Positions 1 through 13,035 of a stretch of DNA of 64,000 nucleotides are shown here, piece by piece. The DNA is from Camelus dromedarius (Eukaryota), in assembly GCF_036321535.1 (NCBI RefSeq), contig NC_087437.1, forward strand, positions 97,590,001-97,654,000, in the 5' to 3' direction. How positions within the stretch are numbered: position 1 is the stretch's first letter; each line of letters starts with the position of its first letter. A program made the translations under genes and the position numbers. The notes under the pieces are model-generated. The model was not told the DNA's origin. It searched no databases and saw only the letters and a list, made by a program, of their open reading frames with translations.

Positions 1-152
1 TATTGCTTAATGAGTACAGAGTTCTAGTTCTGCAAGACGAAGAGTTCTAGAGACAAATAATACTGATGGTTGCATAACAATATGAATGTACTACTGACCT
101 GTACAGTTAAAAATGGTTAAGATGGTTTATGTTAAGTGTATTTTACACATAA
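1..152 (+). mobile_element. L1 (L1MB-like) 3' end fragment
   Basis: aatgagtacagagtt...gatggttgcataacaatatgaatgtac...aaaatggttaagatgg...gtgtattttacacataa is the typical old L1MB 3' terminus. Confidence 0.75.
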
Positions 153-160
153 GTGTATGC

Positions 161-167
161 ATATATA

Positions 168-199
<32 letters not shown>
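161..199. repeat. (TA)n(TG)n(TA)n microsatellite
   Basis: Directly visible at the L1 tail. Confidence 0.9.
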
Positions 200-689
200 G
201 CTTTAAATAGAGCTGGCATATAAAGAATTATGTAAAATTATCATTTTGGTCTCCATTTATTATTGCCTCTATTAGGCATTTTGGCCAGTCCAAAGTAAGA
301 CCAAACTATAACAGAGTGAATAAGGGTATCTGTCAGGTGTCAGAAAGTCACAGAATTTACTGTTAAGACACAATACATAAGGAAAAACTTCCATGATTTA
401 TTACATGATAAATAATTTTCAGAGCACTCTATGTATTATCCTATTATGTGAGTCAAGATGAAAATGACATATATTATGTGTATTTTATGTGATTGAAATA
501 AAGATCTCCAAAGAAACACAAGGATTAGAGATCTTTGGTAGGAATGATGCTTATTTAAATAAACCTACATTATCCCGATGTTTCAAGTGTGTATCATGTT
601 TTTAAATACATCAATACAATATATAAAATACACCACTAATTAAGGTGAAGTCATTGTAGACAACCAGATTATTCTAATTTCTTAGAAAA

Positions 690-975
690 GCAGTATCTAT
701 AGTGGTCAGACATAGACTTGGCAGATAGATTTCCTTGGTTGGAATCTCAGGTCTTGTATCATATACCAGCTGTGAATCTCAGGTCTTCTATCACATATCA
801 GCTGTGCAAGTTGGCCAGTTAACTTTTCTCTGCCTCATAGATTTCTTGTGAGTTACATACATGTATAATACATGTATAATACATGTATAATACATGTATA
901 ATACAAAAGTACACATGCACAAAACAGTTCATAGCATACAGCACACAAAAAATCTATTAGCTAATTTTAATTATT
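690..975 (+). mobile_element. MIR SINE with internal tandem duplications
   Basis: agtggtcaga...ggttggaatctcagg...cagctgtgcaagttggccagttaac...tctctgcctca resembles the MIR 5' region. Contains a 32-bp duplication and an 11-bp x4 repeat. Confidence 0.6.
858..905. repeat. Tandem repeat (TACATGTATAA)x4
   Basis: Four perfect 11-bp units at 858, 869, 880 and 891, plus a partial unit. Confidence 0.95.
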
Positions 976-3194
976 GTTATTACCCTACTGAGCTATATTA
1001 AATAAGATGAATTGTGTTCACCCCGAGTAAATGACTGCAGTATAAAATATATGTATAATACAAATTTATTTTAAAATAATTATGCTTCTCCTAAAGTACT
1101 GAGTATTAAAATACTCTCAGCTCTTTCTATCTAATGTTAAATATCAGCGTATCTTGAGATTCTAGTCTGTGTTATAGTCATTTTTCCAATCATGCTTCAA
1201 AAAACTCAAAGAAGAAATATTACACTGGGTTTCTTGCAACTAATAAAAAAAAGAAAGACGGGAATTTCAGTCTTTATTATTACAGAAACTAGAGTAAGAA
1301 AGAAACTAATTCAACTATTGGTTTAATGACTCCTTTCAAGCAAATGAGTTTCTAAATAGTGTATATATGGCTACTTAACAATGTAATTCATTCTGATTGG
1401 ATCCATAAATCTTGAAGGAATACATTGTGTCTATTCAACGTTATAAATTTTTGCAGTAGCCTTTACCAAAATGTGAGACTGCTCTAATTTTAACTTGCAG
1501 TGGTGTGTTAAAATAGCATTTTAGTCATTTCCATATAAAATGCTCAGATATTCCACTACTACAAAGGTTTAAAAATCACTAATATGTTTTAAAGAGTTCA
1601 TCAGATCCACCAAATCAATGATCAAAGGATCAGGCAGAGTTATTACGTCTAATCATAGTCGTCATGCCAAAAATAAGACAAATGAAACTTACTAGAGAAT
1701 AATTGATAATAGGTAATTAGTATTTCTGTTTTCTGGACTTCTAGCAAGTGAGTTTTAATGGTTTTTAGGTTACATCATTGCAACCTTCTTAGTATGCTTA
1801 AAGAACTGAAGTAAGTTATTTAATAAATAATTTAGCAGACTCCAAGATGTCTATCCCTGTGATGATAAGAATTTAGTTGCTTTCAAAAATTTATTTTGGA
1901 AATCTAGGGTGTGCATTAGTGAGATTGATCATGGTTTCAGTAGGACAAGAAAGCAGTTAATATTAAATTATCACATCTGGTTTATAGTGGAGCCAGCCCT
2001 TGAGGAACACAATTCACATTTTGGAGGATATAATGTCAGAGATTAGATATTGTCAATTCAGTGCTGACTCCTCTAGGACCTTTGACTATACAGTTAGTTT
2101 TCATTGCTATCTTTACCCTACAGATAACCATACACTTATACAAGTTTATCATAACTTTACTTCAAAGCTAAAGAATATTTTTATCTATTTTTGGGATGGT
2201 TTTACACATTTAGTGATGCCAGTCTATAATGTATAGTTTCCTTTCAAAAGATGTGTTTTAACACACTGCCAACTAGTAAAAATTGCCATCTGGTCATGTT
2301 AAAAGCAACTCTTCCCTCTTTTTCATTTCATTTCACCCCACCCCCACCCCATCCATCCACTCAGAATGATTCTTCAAAAAGCTTTGACTCAAGGTCAGAG
2401 TGAAGTAAAATATTGCACTTTTTTTCCTAAGTAAAAAGGGCTGAGTCGTGTATATTCTATACTACTGTACACTTAAGCTTTCTTGTTAAATTAAAAATTG
2501 GAATCTAAAACATATAGGGCAACCTCTTCCTGATTACCGATGACAAAATGATTTTGTTTGACTCAACTGCATTTCTATTGCTTTAGAAATGCACTGCATA
2601 TAACCTTCCTCACATTGTAGGTGCTAGCTGAATATCTGATTTTAAGCTGGAAAATATTTCAATCAAATTGCAGCTTGAATTAAACTAATTCCATCATTTC
2701 CAGAGTAACCACTGAATAGTGCTTATGAAGGTCATACGACTTGTTTTTCTCTCCTAATCTTAAATTCTGAGGACTTACATAGGTACATTAAAATGCTCTT
2801 AAGCTGATTGGATTTGCTGGCAAGGTTGAAAGGTGGCTAACAGACAACTCCATAGTCAAGTGTCAAATGTGTGCTCCAACTTTTACATTCATCCTAGAAA
2901 GAAGGCAATGATATCAGCAATGTATTATGCAAAACATAAGGTGTATTTGAAATTACAAAGATAAGATAGCAAAAATCCCAGGACTATTGTTCTAGCGCTA
3001 AAAGACCTGAATGTTAAGAATTAAAAAATAAACTTACTTTTATATGCTAGTTTGTTACAGTATTTGTTTAATATTAATATTTAATAATGAAAATAAAGCA
3101 CTGATTTAAAGTGTAGCCTAAGCCTCTCACACATTGTAGGCACTCAATACCTAGAGTTTGATGAATTATTGTTTGTGGATATAAGGAAAAAAAA

Positions 3195-3385
3195 ATAACA
3201 TTTGTTGAATACATACCCTGGAACTGACACTGCCTTTTAAGATTTATGTGAGTCATACTTTAAACTTCACAACAACCCTATGATGTAGATACAGGATACT
3301 ACATCCTATAAGAGTAGGATATAGATATTCCCCTTTTGCAAATGAGCATACTGAGAAACAGAATAATTAAATACTTTATTCCAAG
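3195..3385 (-). mobile_element. MIR SINE
   Basis: cttcacaacaaccctatga...tattccccttttgcaaatgagcatactgag is the reverse MIR core. Confidence 0.7.
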
Positions 3386-5149
3386 TAAGATCGTGTGCTT
3401 CCTTTGCCTAGGTTCTTCACTACCGTGAGATTCTGACTCTGTGAAATGCGGTTGAAAACCACACGCATCCCTGCCTTCAATGATTTTACATTCTACTGAG
3501 AATAATGCTGAGTTATAGCAGATACAAACAGTTCATTAACTTCTGATAGTCAAATGAGTTTTGGCTAATATTTAAGCTAGTTTAATACTATTATCAAAAG
3601 TATCAATCCTCTTGTTTCTATTGCATAAAAGTAATATTTTATTTGAATACTTTACCTGGTTAACATAGTTGTAAAAATTCTACACAAAATGAAAACATAA
3701 ATATATTTTCAAACCAATGAACATTCTAGAAAATAGGTTTGTAATTTTCTATCTCCTTGGTAATGTCTGTCCCTACACTATATAGCTTATTTTCTCAAAA
3801 TAGTGAGGGAAGTGGAAGGGGAACAATTATTGGGGTAAGAAATCAGAGAGTCAGTACAGATATCTGTATTATACTGGGACTTTTTTTTTAAGTCAGAAAT
3901 GTACGTGTTCAGCCTCATATAATTTGGATTTTAGTGAATAGCAATGCTTTGAGTCTTCCAGTTTATCACTGCAAACATGTTATACACAACTCATTTCAGT
4001 TCTTCAGTACAGCTCAGCTTTGTATACCGTTGAATGAAGAAATTCACTATATTTCATGTGAAAATACACTACTACTTCTTCCACATCCATGGGTACTTAT
4101 GCTTGGAATGTGCTCAAAAATAAATCTAAGGAAGATCTGTGATAAAACTTTTTTTTCATCCACTTTTATTTGTTACACTGTGGTGCTTATAAATTCAGGA
4201 GTAAGTATGACAATGCATACTAAGCAGGAAAAAATTGTAAAGTACATACATGTTTGGCTCATACTGAAAATCAAATTCAAAAATTCTCATGGAAGCTTTT
4301 AAAGATAGTTAATGGAATAAGTAACATTTGGTTGTTCTTGATAACCTAAAGGTATTTAAATCTTTTTTTTTTCAAGGAGTGACATTGTTCTGAAAGCAGA
4401 AGGGAGAGGGGGAGTCTTATATTCCACATACTCCTCAAGTTCATCTATTTCAGGGTTCTGAGATTTCATTTCATATGAGAAATGTACATACTTTATAAAA
4501 TTTTAAGCCCACAATGGCAAAGGTCTTTTCCCTATGTCATTTGGAAATTTGAAAAGAGAAGATTTCAATTGATGCAACATTTGATCTGGCTAATGATAAT
4601 GTAAAAATATCCACTGTAAGTGCTAGACAAGTTTATAAAACTTTACAATTTTGTTATTTATTGATCTTTCAATTTTTATTAATATTATTTCATATTTATA
4701 GCCTTCACTAATGTCCCATGAATATTTTTAGGAAATAGAATATCTTAAAAAACAATATGAGAAACAAAACTATGCAACTCAAGACAGGGTTAAATGACAT
4801 ACATCCCAAATATTGGATTAAAAGATATCAACATTAAGCTCTACAAAATTTCTACTTTAGAAGCAATTAAGAATTTAACAAAAAATAACATATAGCTTTC
4901 AAGACATAGGAAGAAGTAAAAGATATGTGCTAAGGGTCATGATTTGAATTTTAGAACATCAGAGATTACAAGATGAAATGGATATAGGAGTTGAACAAAG
5001 GAAAGAAACACAGGAGGCACCCACTCTATTTTGAACATCCAATAGGCAAGGCGTTTTCACACCTATTACGTCCTTAGTCTTCATATTAATAACTCTAAAA
5101 ATTACATACCAGAAGAGAATTTCAACATGCTCCTACCAGAGTGCGCAGG

Positions 5150-5715
5150 AACCGTCCTCAGGACTATTCTCCACTTATAGTCACTTACCGGATAAATGTA
5201 TCCCATCTCACGGATACATCTTCATCTATACACAGCACTTACCGATCTTAAATTGCATTGTTGATCCTATCACCTCTTGGCTATTAAAAGAAATTGGTCT
5301 AGCATTCTCCTGTCTCTAGTAGATAATTAGCATATAAATACGTATGTAAGACTATTATCATAAGTTTCCCCACTTTCTAAAAATAGTCTCACTCATTTTT
5401 TTATTCCTCTCAGTTATTGTCCCACAACTCCCCTGTCTTTACGTTTTTTGAACATATTCTCTCTACTCCAACCACTGTTTCCTTCACTCTGGTTATCTTG
5501 AACCCATCTTTCTAGTCTGCCCTAATTTCTCCCTTTCCATTGAAACTTCTTCTATTAATATCACCAATGATAACAACACTGCTAAATCCAGTGTCACTTC
5601 CAAGTCTTCATATTACTGGATTTATCTTCAACAAATGACCTGATCCAGTTGATCACATTCTTCTTGATATAGTATCTGAATTATCACATATTTGTTTCCT
5701 TTTTGGCCATTTTTT
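5150..5715 (+). mobile_element. L2 LINE, degenerate RT-domain fragment
   Basis: tccattgaaact...atcaccaatga...gctaaatcca...gtcttcatattactggatttatc...gttgatcac corresponds to the L2 RT motif STETAL..VTND...ILLDLS.AFD.VDH. Confidence 0.7.
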
Positions 5716-7119
5716 TCATTAGCCTCAGTTAAAACTACTATTGCAGATTTTTTTGTATGGCCTTACAAACTGTTTTTATGTGTAATATATCAATATTTTT
5801 CAGAAACTGGAATATATGTCACATAATGTATTACTTGCTTTGCTTTTATAATTCCTTTAGAGTTCAGTTAGCTTTCAACATGCTGGTCTAAAGAGTATCT
5901 CTAAACTAAAAAATTCAGTGAGAAAATGTTAAAGTAACCATAATAATTTACTCAGAGCTTTCAGAATTTTTCTGGCTGTATACAAGAATGTCTCATTGCT
6001 TACTAAAACTGTAACAAGTAGGAAACAGTAGAAATAATGGTAGAAAAAAATATACAATGTGACCCATCTTTACCAATTTTTATCTTTTTCAGATCTTTGA
6101 AGAGTTCAAAGCTCATGCTAACGTGTATGTATCAATATGATAACTTTACTATTTCTAATGTCTTCATCATGCATATTTAATTGATCCTAGTTAAATTGCA
6201 ACTAGCATACCTCCACTCATTTCTTCAGATAAATTTACTTCCTTAAACTTTAGGTTATCTTTAAAAATGTCTCTAAGCGGTATAAAATATGGTATACAGA
6301 GAGACTTGCTAATGGCAGAAAACTATTTTTAAGCATTTTCAAAAGGGAGAAGTTTCTAATCTATGTCTTATGAAATTTTGGTTCTCCATCTAATCAACTG
6401 AAAACCAACTCCAGATATGCAACTCAACACTTCTATATGCAACGACTTAACCTGTGATTACATATTTCTTAAGAGTAGTTTGAGATCACCAAGCCTAACA
6501 AACACAAATTATGAATATATATATACATACACACACACACTTAAATTCTTCACTTAGCTATCTGTTTAGTGTATGTTTGGACCTCTCTTCTAATTTTTTG
6601 TCTTGTTATTTTAGAACCTAAGTTTCTATTATGTTGCCAAGCATTACTGAAAGACAGAATGATGTCAGGCAAGATTTGGCTTCATTAAGCTTTGATCTGT
6701 TGTTTACTACCATGTTTTTTGAAATGATTGCTATTGACCATACCTCACAATTTTAGGTACAAAAGTAATTAGCAATTATTTAATATTACAAGAAAGAGTT
6801 GTTTAATCCAACATTCTATGAAGAAAGCATGGATAATTGAAAACGAACTAAATCATGTGATGAGATCTCTAAGCAACTTGCTTAACAAGTAGAGTAACTT
6901 TAGATGTAACCAACTAAAATTATGTCATATAGCTAATGTCTTCCATCGCTCCTTTCCACAGTGTGGAAGTACGCTTTCCACTGGTGTATGGCTAAGGAAC
7001 ATGTCTTCATGCTGGTCATATGTGAATTTTCTGTCTTAGTTGTTCTTCCTGAGTCCATTGTTTCTAATTCCTCTGAATGTTACATAGTCTATGTCTTACA
7101 ATGGTCACCATCACAATGG

Positions 7120-8000
7120 AAACTTCCTTAGATACGAGTTTTTCTTATAAATTACTGAAAATTTCTCTTTCACCACTTCTTAATTTAACCTGAGTCCTTC
7201 AGCTTGATTTTCTGACTTTAGATTTCCTCTCTTCTTCTGCCTCAGAGATCTTGAGTATTATTTCTATGAGATGACTCAAATACCACTCTCTCTAGAACTT
7301 CTTATCAGCATTTCCATCTGCTGCATAGCTACTTTCATTTCTATGTCCTGCTGTCACTTCAGACTAATCTAAAATCGATTTTAACATTCTCTCTATAAAA
7401 GTAGTTCTCTATTCTTACACTTCAGAGTTTCAGAATTCCCACCATTCTCCCTGACAACATTTTGACTACTACTTCTCCCATACATTTATATTTAGGTAAT
7501 GAATTCTATCAGCTCCTTTTCTGTTAACAAGGTTTCACGCCTCTCTTATTCTTCCCATACCATTCCTCCCCCTTTTTAGTTCCTAGACTCCCAGGTCTTG
7601 TATAGCCCAATCCCTCTTTCCTGTTGCTCATACACACACTATTGCCATAGAACTATTCCTAGAAGTCATATTCTATTTTTATGTTCCTATTCCAGATTCC
7701 CTAACCTTGATCACCAAATCCTTTGATAGTCTGGCCAGGATCAACACAAATTCAAACTGGCAAACACAGACACGTCTGTTATCACAAGTGGCCACAACTC
7801 TACAGACATCACTGTTTGAACAACCCCTTACATTTTCATGCTCTGCATGGACTGTATCTCAACATTTTAAATATCTATGCTCTCAATCTTACTGCAAATT
7901 GTCACAGATATATCATCCAAAAATACATCTAAGTATGTCTCCATAAAATATTCCCTAGTCATGATGGAATGCAAATTTACCTTCTTCTGAGCTACTGTAG
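7120..8000 (+). mobile_element. L2 LINE fragment
   Basis: ctatgagatgactcaaat is a YADDSQI remnant, followed by a pyrimidine-rich L2-like body. Confidence 0.55.
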
Positions 8001-8231
8001 CTTTTATTAAATTGGACACTTATGTGACTCTTTTAGGTGCAGACTTATGTTGTTACTCATATACTGGACATAGGATACCAGCCAAGTGCATGTTATCGCT
8101 CTATCGCTTCTTTTTTAATTAGAGAATTTATCACTAAACCATAAACATTTTTAGATCCAAACACTTTCATGATTATGTGTAAACCCTAACAGAATTCTAT
8201 ACTTACATGGAAGTAAAACAACTTTATTAGA

Positions 8232-8465
8232 TATAACATTTATTGAGTAATTACAACACTAATTGCCACTTTAGCCCCTATATATAGTTTAAATCATTTA
8301 ATTTTTCATTTAAGGTAAATATTATTTTATTACCATGTTATAGATGAAGAAACTAAGGTTCTGAGAAGCTTAAATACTTACTCAGGTTTATACAGTGAAA
8401 AAAACATGGGGACAAAAGTTATACCAGTTAGCCTCTATAGATGACTCTATTTAACACTAGAATAT
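8232..8465 (-). mobile_element. MIR SINE
   Basis: aacatttattgag...ttatagatgaagaaactaaggttctgagaag is the reverse MIR core. Confidence 0.7.
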
Positions 8466-9107
8466 GCCATGCCCAAATAATAATGATATTATTTTAAAAT
8501 ATATATAATTGTATTTATATAATATATAAAATAATATTTTATAAAATTATTATTACTATTATATAATGGCTAAATCTACCAATGTCAGATAATCAGCTTT
8601 ATGTATCCCTTTGCTAAATTACCTTTCAGTATTTTTTTTCTATTTATGTACTTTTTAAAAAAAAGTTGAAAATTCATTCTATGTACAATATTGCATGTTG
8701 CTTTTTCATTTTATGTTTTTTTTTATAACTATATACTATGGTATCATGTGGATTTAAGATAATTTTTCTTGCTATTTAGAAATTTAGGTATATTCAATGA
8801 CACACAGTACATGTAAAGTATTTGGAATAGTCCCTAGCACATAGTGGGTTTTCTCATATCAATAAATTTTTCTTTCTTTTAACATGTTGTCTTCAAAGAT
8901 GTGCTTTCTAGTCTGAAGACTTGAAAACAGATTATCCCATGGGTCTTGTTTTAATATACAAAGCTGTGTCCTCTCCCTTGTCATCCTTTCATCTGTCATT
9001 GGATTTTAGATAAAACAAACACCATTAGCTTTGCAGGAGCCACACTTAATGGGCTACCATGGTTAGTACCAGATAATCTTACAAAGACTTGGGTTGTTTG
9101 TCTACAT

Positions 9108-9286
9108 CAGTGATACTCCAACTCAAGTGTGCAATGGAGTTATCAGCAGGACTTGTTACAAAAGAGATTTCTAGGATCCATCTGCTGAGTTTCTGATTCA
9201 TTACATCTGGGGAGGGGTCCAAGAATTTTTGTCTCAGTGTAACATAGATGCTTTTTGGCCCAGAGACCATACTTTGAGTGCCACTG
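9108..9286. mobile_element. MER5A-like hAT-Charlie non-autonomous DNA transposon
   Basis: Termini cagtg...cactg, 8-bp TSD gtctacat/gtctacac, and internal tttctgattca...gaccatactttgag. Confidence 0.85.
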
Positions 9287-9423
9287 GTCTACACAATTTA
9301 ATTTCATTAGAATGGTGACAGGCCCTGAGGGTCTCTAAAATACAAGTTTCTGTCCAGGTTATCCCTAACATAAATACATGGCATTTTATTTCTTTAGAAT
9401 TTGCTTATAAGAAAATAATAACT

Positions 9424-9769
9424 TGTAAAAAAAATTAATAAACAGAAATCTCAGTTAAATAGAGTAGCGAAACTAGAAGGGGACCTCTCACATCCTTTGA
9501 AGGCAGTAGAGCCCAAAAGGAAGAAGAAAGACTCCTCTTACTTCCTGACACAGATTCAGCCAATGAAAAGCCATGGATGGACTCCTTGTTTACCAAAGGC
9601 TTCTCAACATTCTTTTCCCCTACAGGAAAGTGTCCTCTTTCCTTTGCTGTAAGAGGACTTAAACATGGTTCACCATGGTTGCAGGTTCTGAATTGCAATT
9701 CTCTGCTCTCCTGAATAAACCCATTTTTGCTGGAGAAGTACCTGGCAGGCTATTTGTTTCAGGTCAACA
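9424..9769 (+). mobile_element. ERV1-type solo LTR
   Basis: TG...CA termini (tgtaaa...aggtcaaca), CCAAT box (cagccaatg) and a poly(A) signal (ctgaataaaccc) near the 3' end; about 350 bp. Confidence 0.65.
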
Positions 9770-10759
9770 AAATCAAACTAGTAGCTTGATACAACTTGAT
9801 TTTCTCTCAAAAGGCCTTTCATTTTCTGGTATTTTTTTCTCTTTACTTTTCCCTCAACGTAATGTCCAGTCTTCCTGCCTCATCACCATTCCCTTACTGT
9901 TTCCTTCACTGAAATACAGTTCTGGTTGATGGCCAAAAAAAATTTAGAGGACTCCTCACTCATCCCAGAATACTTTCTTAATTTTGGGCTCCCATAACAA
10001 TCTGGTATACCACTTTTGCGCTATTTAGCACATTTTGCTTTTTATTGATAATTTCTATGCATATTTCATAACTCTCTTATAAATGCCTAAGTGTATCTTA
10101 ATAATTTTTGCTTCTAAAGTATGTTACTCAAAATAGCCTTTTGATAAGCATTTATTCAATAAGCATTTATTGGACCCACAGGGGACTAGGAGGAAAACAA
10201 AGCAATTATGTAGCTGACTTAGCACCATTTTCTATTTTCTATGAAGAAGATGCATCATCAAAAACTGGGCCAGAAATACCACTTTTTGATGGATAGAACA
10301 GACTTTTTCTTTCATCTGTCTTACTTTCACAACATAAGCAATAGAAAAATAACAAACATTTACTCCAGCTGCTCTCTTCTGTTAGGTACTCTGAACAAAC
10401 AGGGTTTTTCAGTTATACAGTTTTTTTTTCCAATTAATAGAGAGGCTGAAGCATTTCTATTCTTCTATGTAGCAACGCCTTTGTGAATGTATAATCTGTA
10501 AAGTTTAATAATTGCTAAAAGTTTATAAGAAAAATTTATATATATACTGTGGGGTGGTGGGGGGAGTGTGTATGCATGCTGTATTTCCCCTTGATGTAGC
10601 TATGTTGCCTAAAATTTTCCAAAGCTGGACAAAGTAGATTTAATTAAATTAATTAGAATTTTTATTTCAAAACAAAGAGCTAATTTTTAAAGGAATTTCC
10701 ATTAATATAGCTGGTTAAATAACTATATACTATCACAAAATTTCAAAGTTATGCAACTT

Positions 10760-10905
10760 CTCACAAAAACACTTGACAGAGTAGAGTGAGTTCAATTACT
10801 CATTCTTTACGGATGAAGAAAAGGAGAAGATGAGAGGTTGATTGCTTGCTTAAGGTTTGCCACCAGCAACTGAACAAGGATTTGGACCTAAGCTGTTTCT
10901 ATCCA
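10760..10905 (-). mobile_element. MIR fragment
   Basis: ctttacggatgaagaaaaggag...gcttgcttaagg...ggatttggacctaag. Confidence 0.55.
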
Positions 10906-11952
10906 TCTTCTGCTTAAGCTCTCCTTTTGCTCTAAGTTTGTGACAGCTTTTCTTGCTTATTACTAAAAAGAAGTATGTTAATGTTTTATGATGGTGTTCA
11001 AAGTCCTCTGAGATGACAGCTTTTTATTACATTTTGGTGTCCAACTTGATTATTTGTTTTCTTTTTGTTTTTTAATTGAGGTTTAAGGTCCAATCAACAT
11101 GATTTCACCAGGAAATTCTTACAAGTTCCTTTTCTCTAAACCCCCAAATCTAAGAATGTACATTTTACTTAGTTATTTAGTGGCCAAAGTCACCTCGAAT
11201 TTTTCATGCCTTAAGCATTAGAAATATAGGGATTCTGTGATCAAAGGAAAGTTTTTAATCTCATGCAGACATTTTAAATATTCTCCGTTGAAAGTCAATT
11301 TATTGTCAAAGCTGGTGCAGACTGAAGTAAAGAATTTAAAATGCTCAGCCAAGGATTTTTCATTAGCATGGAGTAAGTGTTCAAAAATAAATAATTTATT
11401 GAGGTTAATTTCATATCCAGAAGAATAGCTGTAATTTCTAAAAATTGTATTTGTTGAAAACATACAACAAGAAATAAGACAGGATTAGGTCTTTAAATGA
11501 TAGCAGAATGATGAAAAGTAAAATTAGCCTTCAGTTTCATACATTATTAGATACGTTTTCCTCCAGACTTGGCATTCCAGATGAGGAGAATGTATGCTTT
11601 AACCTTGGAAATAAATAAAGCATTTACTTATTTGATTAAAGATTGCACAGTGAATTTAAAAAGATGTTACACTACCTTCTAATGTAATATAAACTCAATT
11701 TTCTACTTACACACAGCTTTAAGACAGAATTTAAAAGAAATACCTTTCAGAAAATTGTCTTTCTGCCCCCCCACAAATGATTCAAATAAATCATATATAT
11801 GCTTTGGAATGCTTCATTTTATCTAGATATGACACTCTCTTGGCATGTCTTCTATATCATTAAAAATGTAGGACAGCAAAACCTTTCATAGAGATGCTGG
11901 TATCCACACCTTACACAACTACAAAATAAATATGAGTTGTAGGTTTTCACTG

Positions 11953-12720
11953 AATTCAACAAATGTGTCTTAGCATTTGCTACATGTCAAAAATATTCCT
12001 AAACTTCAATACTAGCTTATGAAGCAAGTTAAACTTTGTCCTCATTCTTGCAAACTGTATATTCTACTGGATATTTCTCTTAAAGGTGGAATTTGGAGTG
12101 AGAAAGAAAGCATAAACCACTTGGAAAATGAATAGCAAGGCAATTTAACTAAACCTACGAGGTCTCCAAGGCCTTCCTGAAGAAGGAACGTTTGCACTTA
12201 GATTTGAAGGATGAGTAGGAGTTACTTTGCCAAGAAAATGGAGCAAAGAAGAGGGAACAGGCCCTATGAAGCAGCAGCAGTGAGAGCCTACCTCTGGGAG
12301 GAAATGATCTGCACAGAGGCGTGGGTTTGACAGTTACTCTTGACTATCTAGTGGTTGAAGTCATGGGAATAGAGATTTCGTAGGTAGAGTGTAGAAATTT
12401 AGCCTTAATAAAGATTCAGCATTTAAGGGCACAGAACTAGGAAGAGGATCAGCGTGGAAAAAGGGGCTGAGAAAGAGGGTCAGACAGGGCAAGCTAAATC
12501 TGGGAGACTGTGGGTGCTTGGGAGATTAACAACAGATTTCTAGATGAAGGGTAGGGTCGATATGGTCCCAAACTGCCAGAGTGCAAGTAAAAATACAGAT
12601 TGATGAATCTTATAATTCATCCCTTATTGTCACCCTTTAACAGTACTGACACCATTGAGGGCTGCTTTCTGCGGAATGCTTTAAGAATTGAGGGGTCCTG
12701 AGAAGGGACTCAGAAGGAGG
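11953..12720 (-). mobile_element. L2 3' region
   Basis: attcaacaaat start and aggccttcctgaagaagg...gatttgaaggatgagtaggagtt, a diagnostic reverse L2 segment. Confidence 0.65.
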
Positions 12721-12809
12721 TGCTTTAATAAGAAAGTTTAAAAAAAAAAGGCAGGAGAGACAGAGCCCTCAATGAAGGAAAGAATTCAAAGTAAGATAGA
12801 ACTGAGGTA

Positions 12810-13035
12810 AGTTTATATCTTTCCATTTACTCACTGTTTGTCCTTCAGAAAGTTGCACTCTCTCTCTCTCTCCTTCAGCCTATCTCTTAGGTTGAAATTA
12901 TGTCTGTTGTCAACATTTTACAAAGTTTATTGTGAGAATTTGAAAGACGATATAAGTAAAACAATAACACACTTCACGAACAGGGAAAATATTAAGCGCA
13001 TTAAGAAATTCTGGTTACTACTATGATTATTATAC
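12810..13035 (+). mobile_element. MIR fragment
   Basis: ccatttactcactg...ttgtgagaatttgaaag...tattatt tail. Confidence 0.45.

Noticed and set aside
858..905. Short direct-repeat array as CRISPR-like
   Set aside because: Units are contiguous 11-mers with no spacers in a mammalian context.
8476..8568. Almost pure A/T stretch with self-complementarity
   Set aside because: Low-complexity sequence; the pairing is trivially expected.
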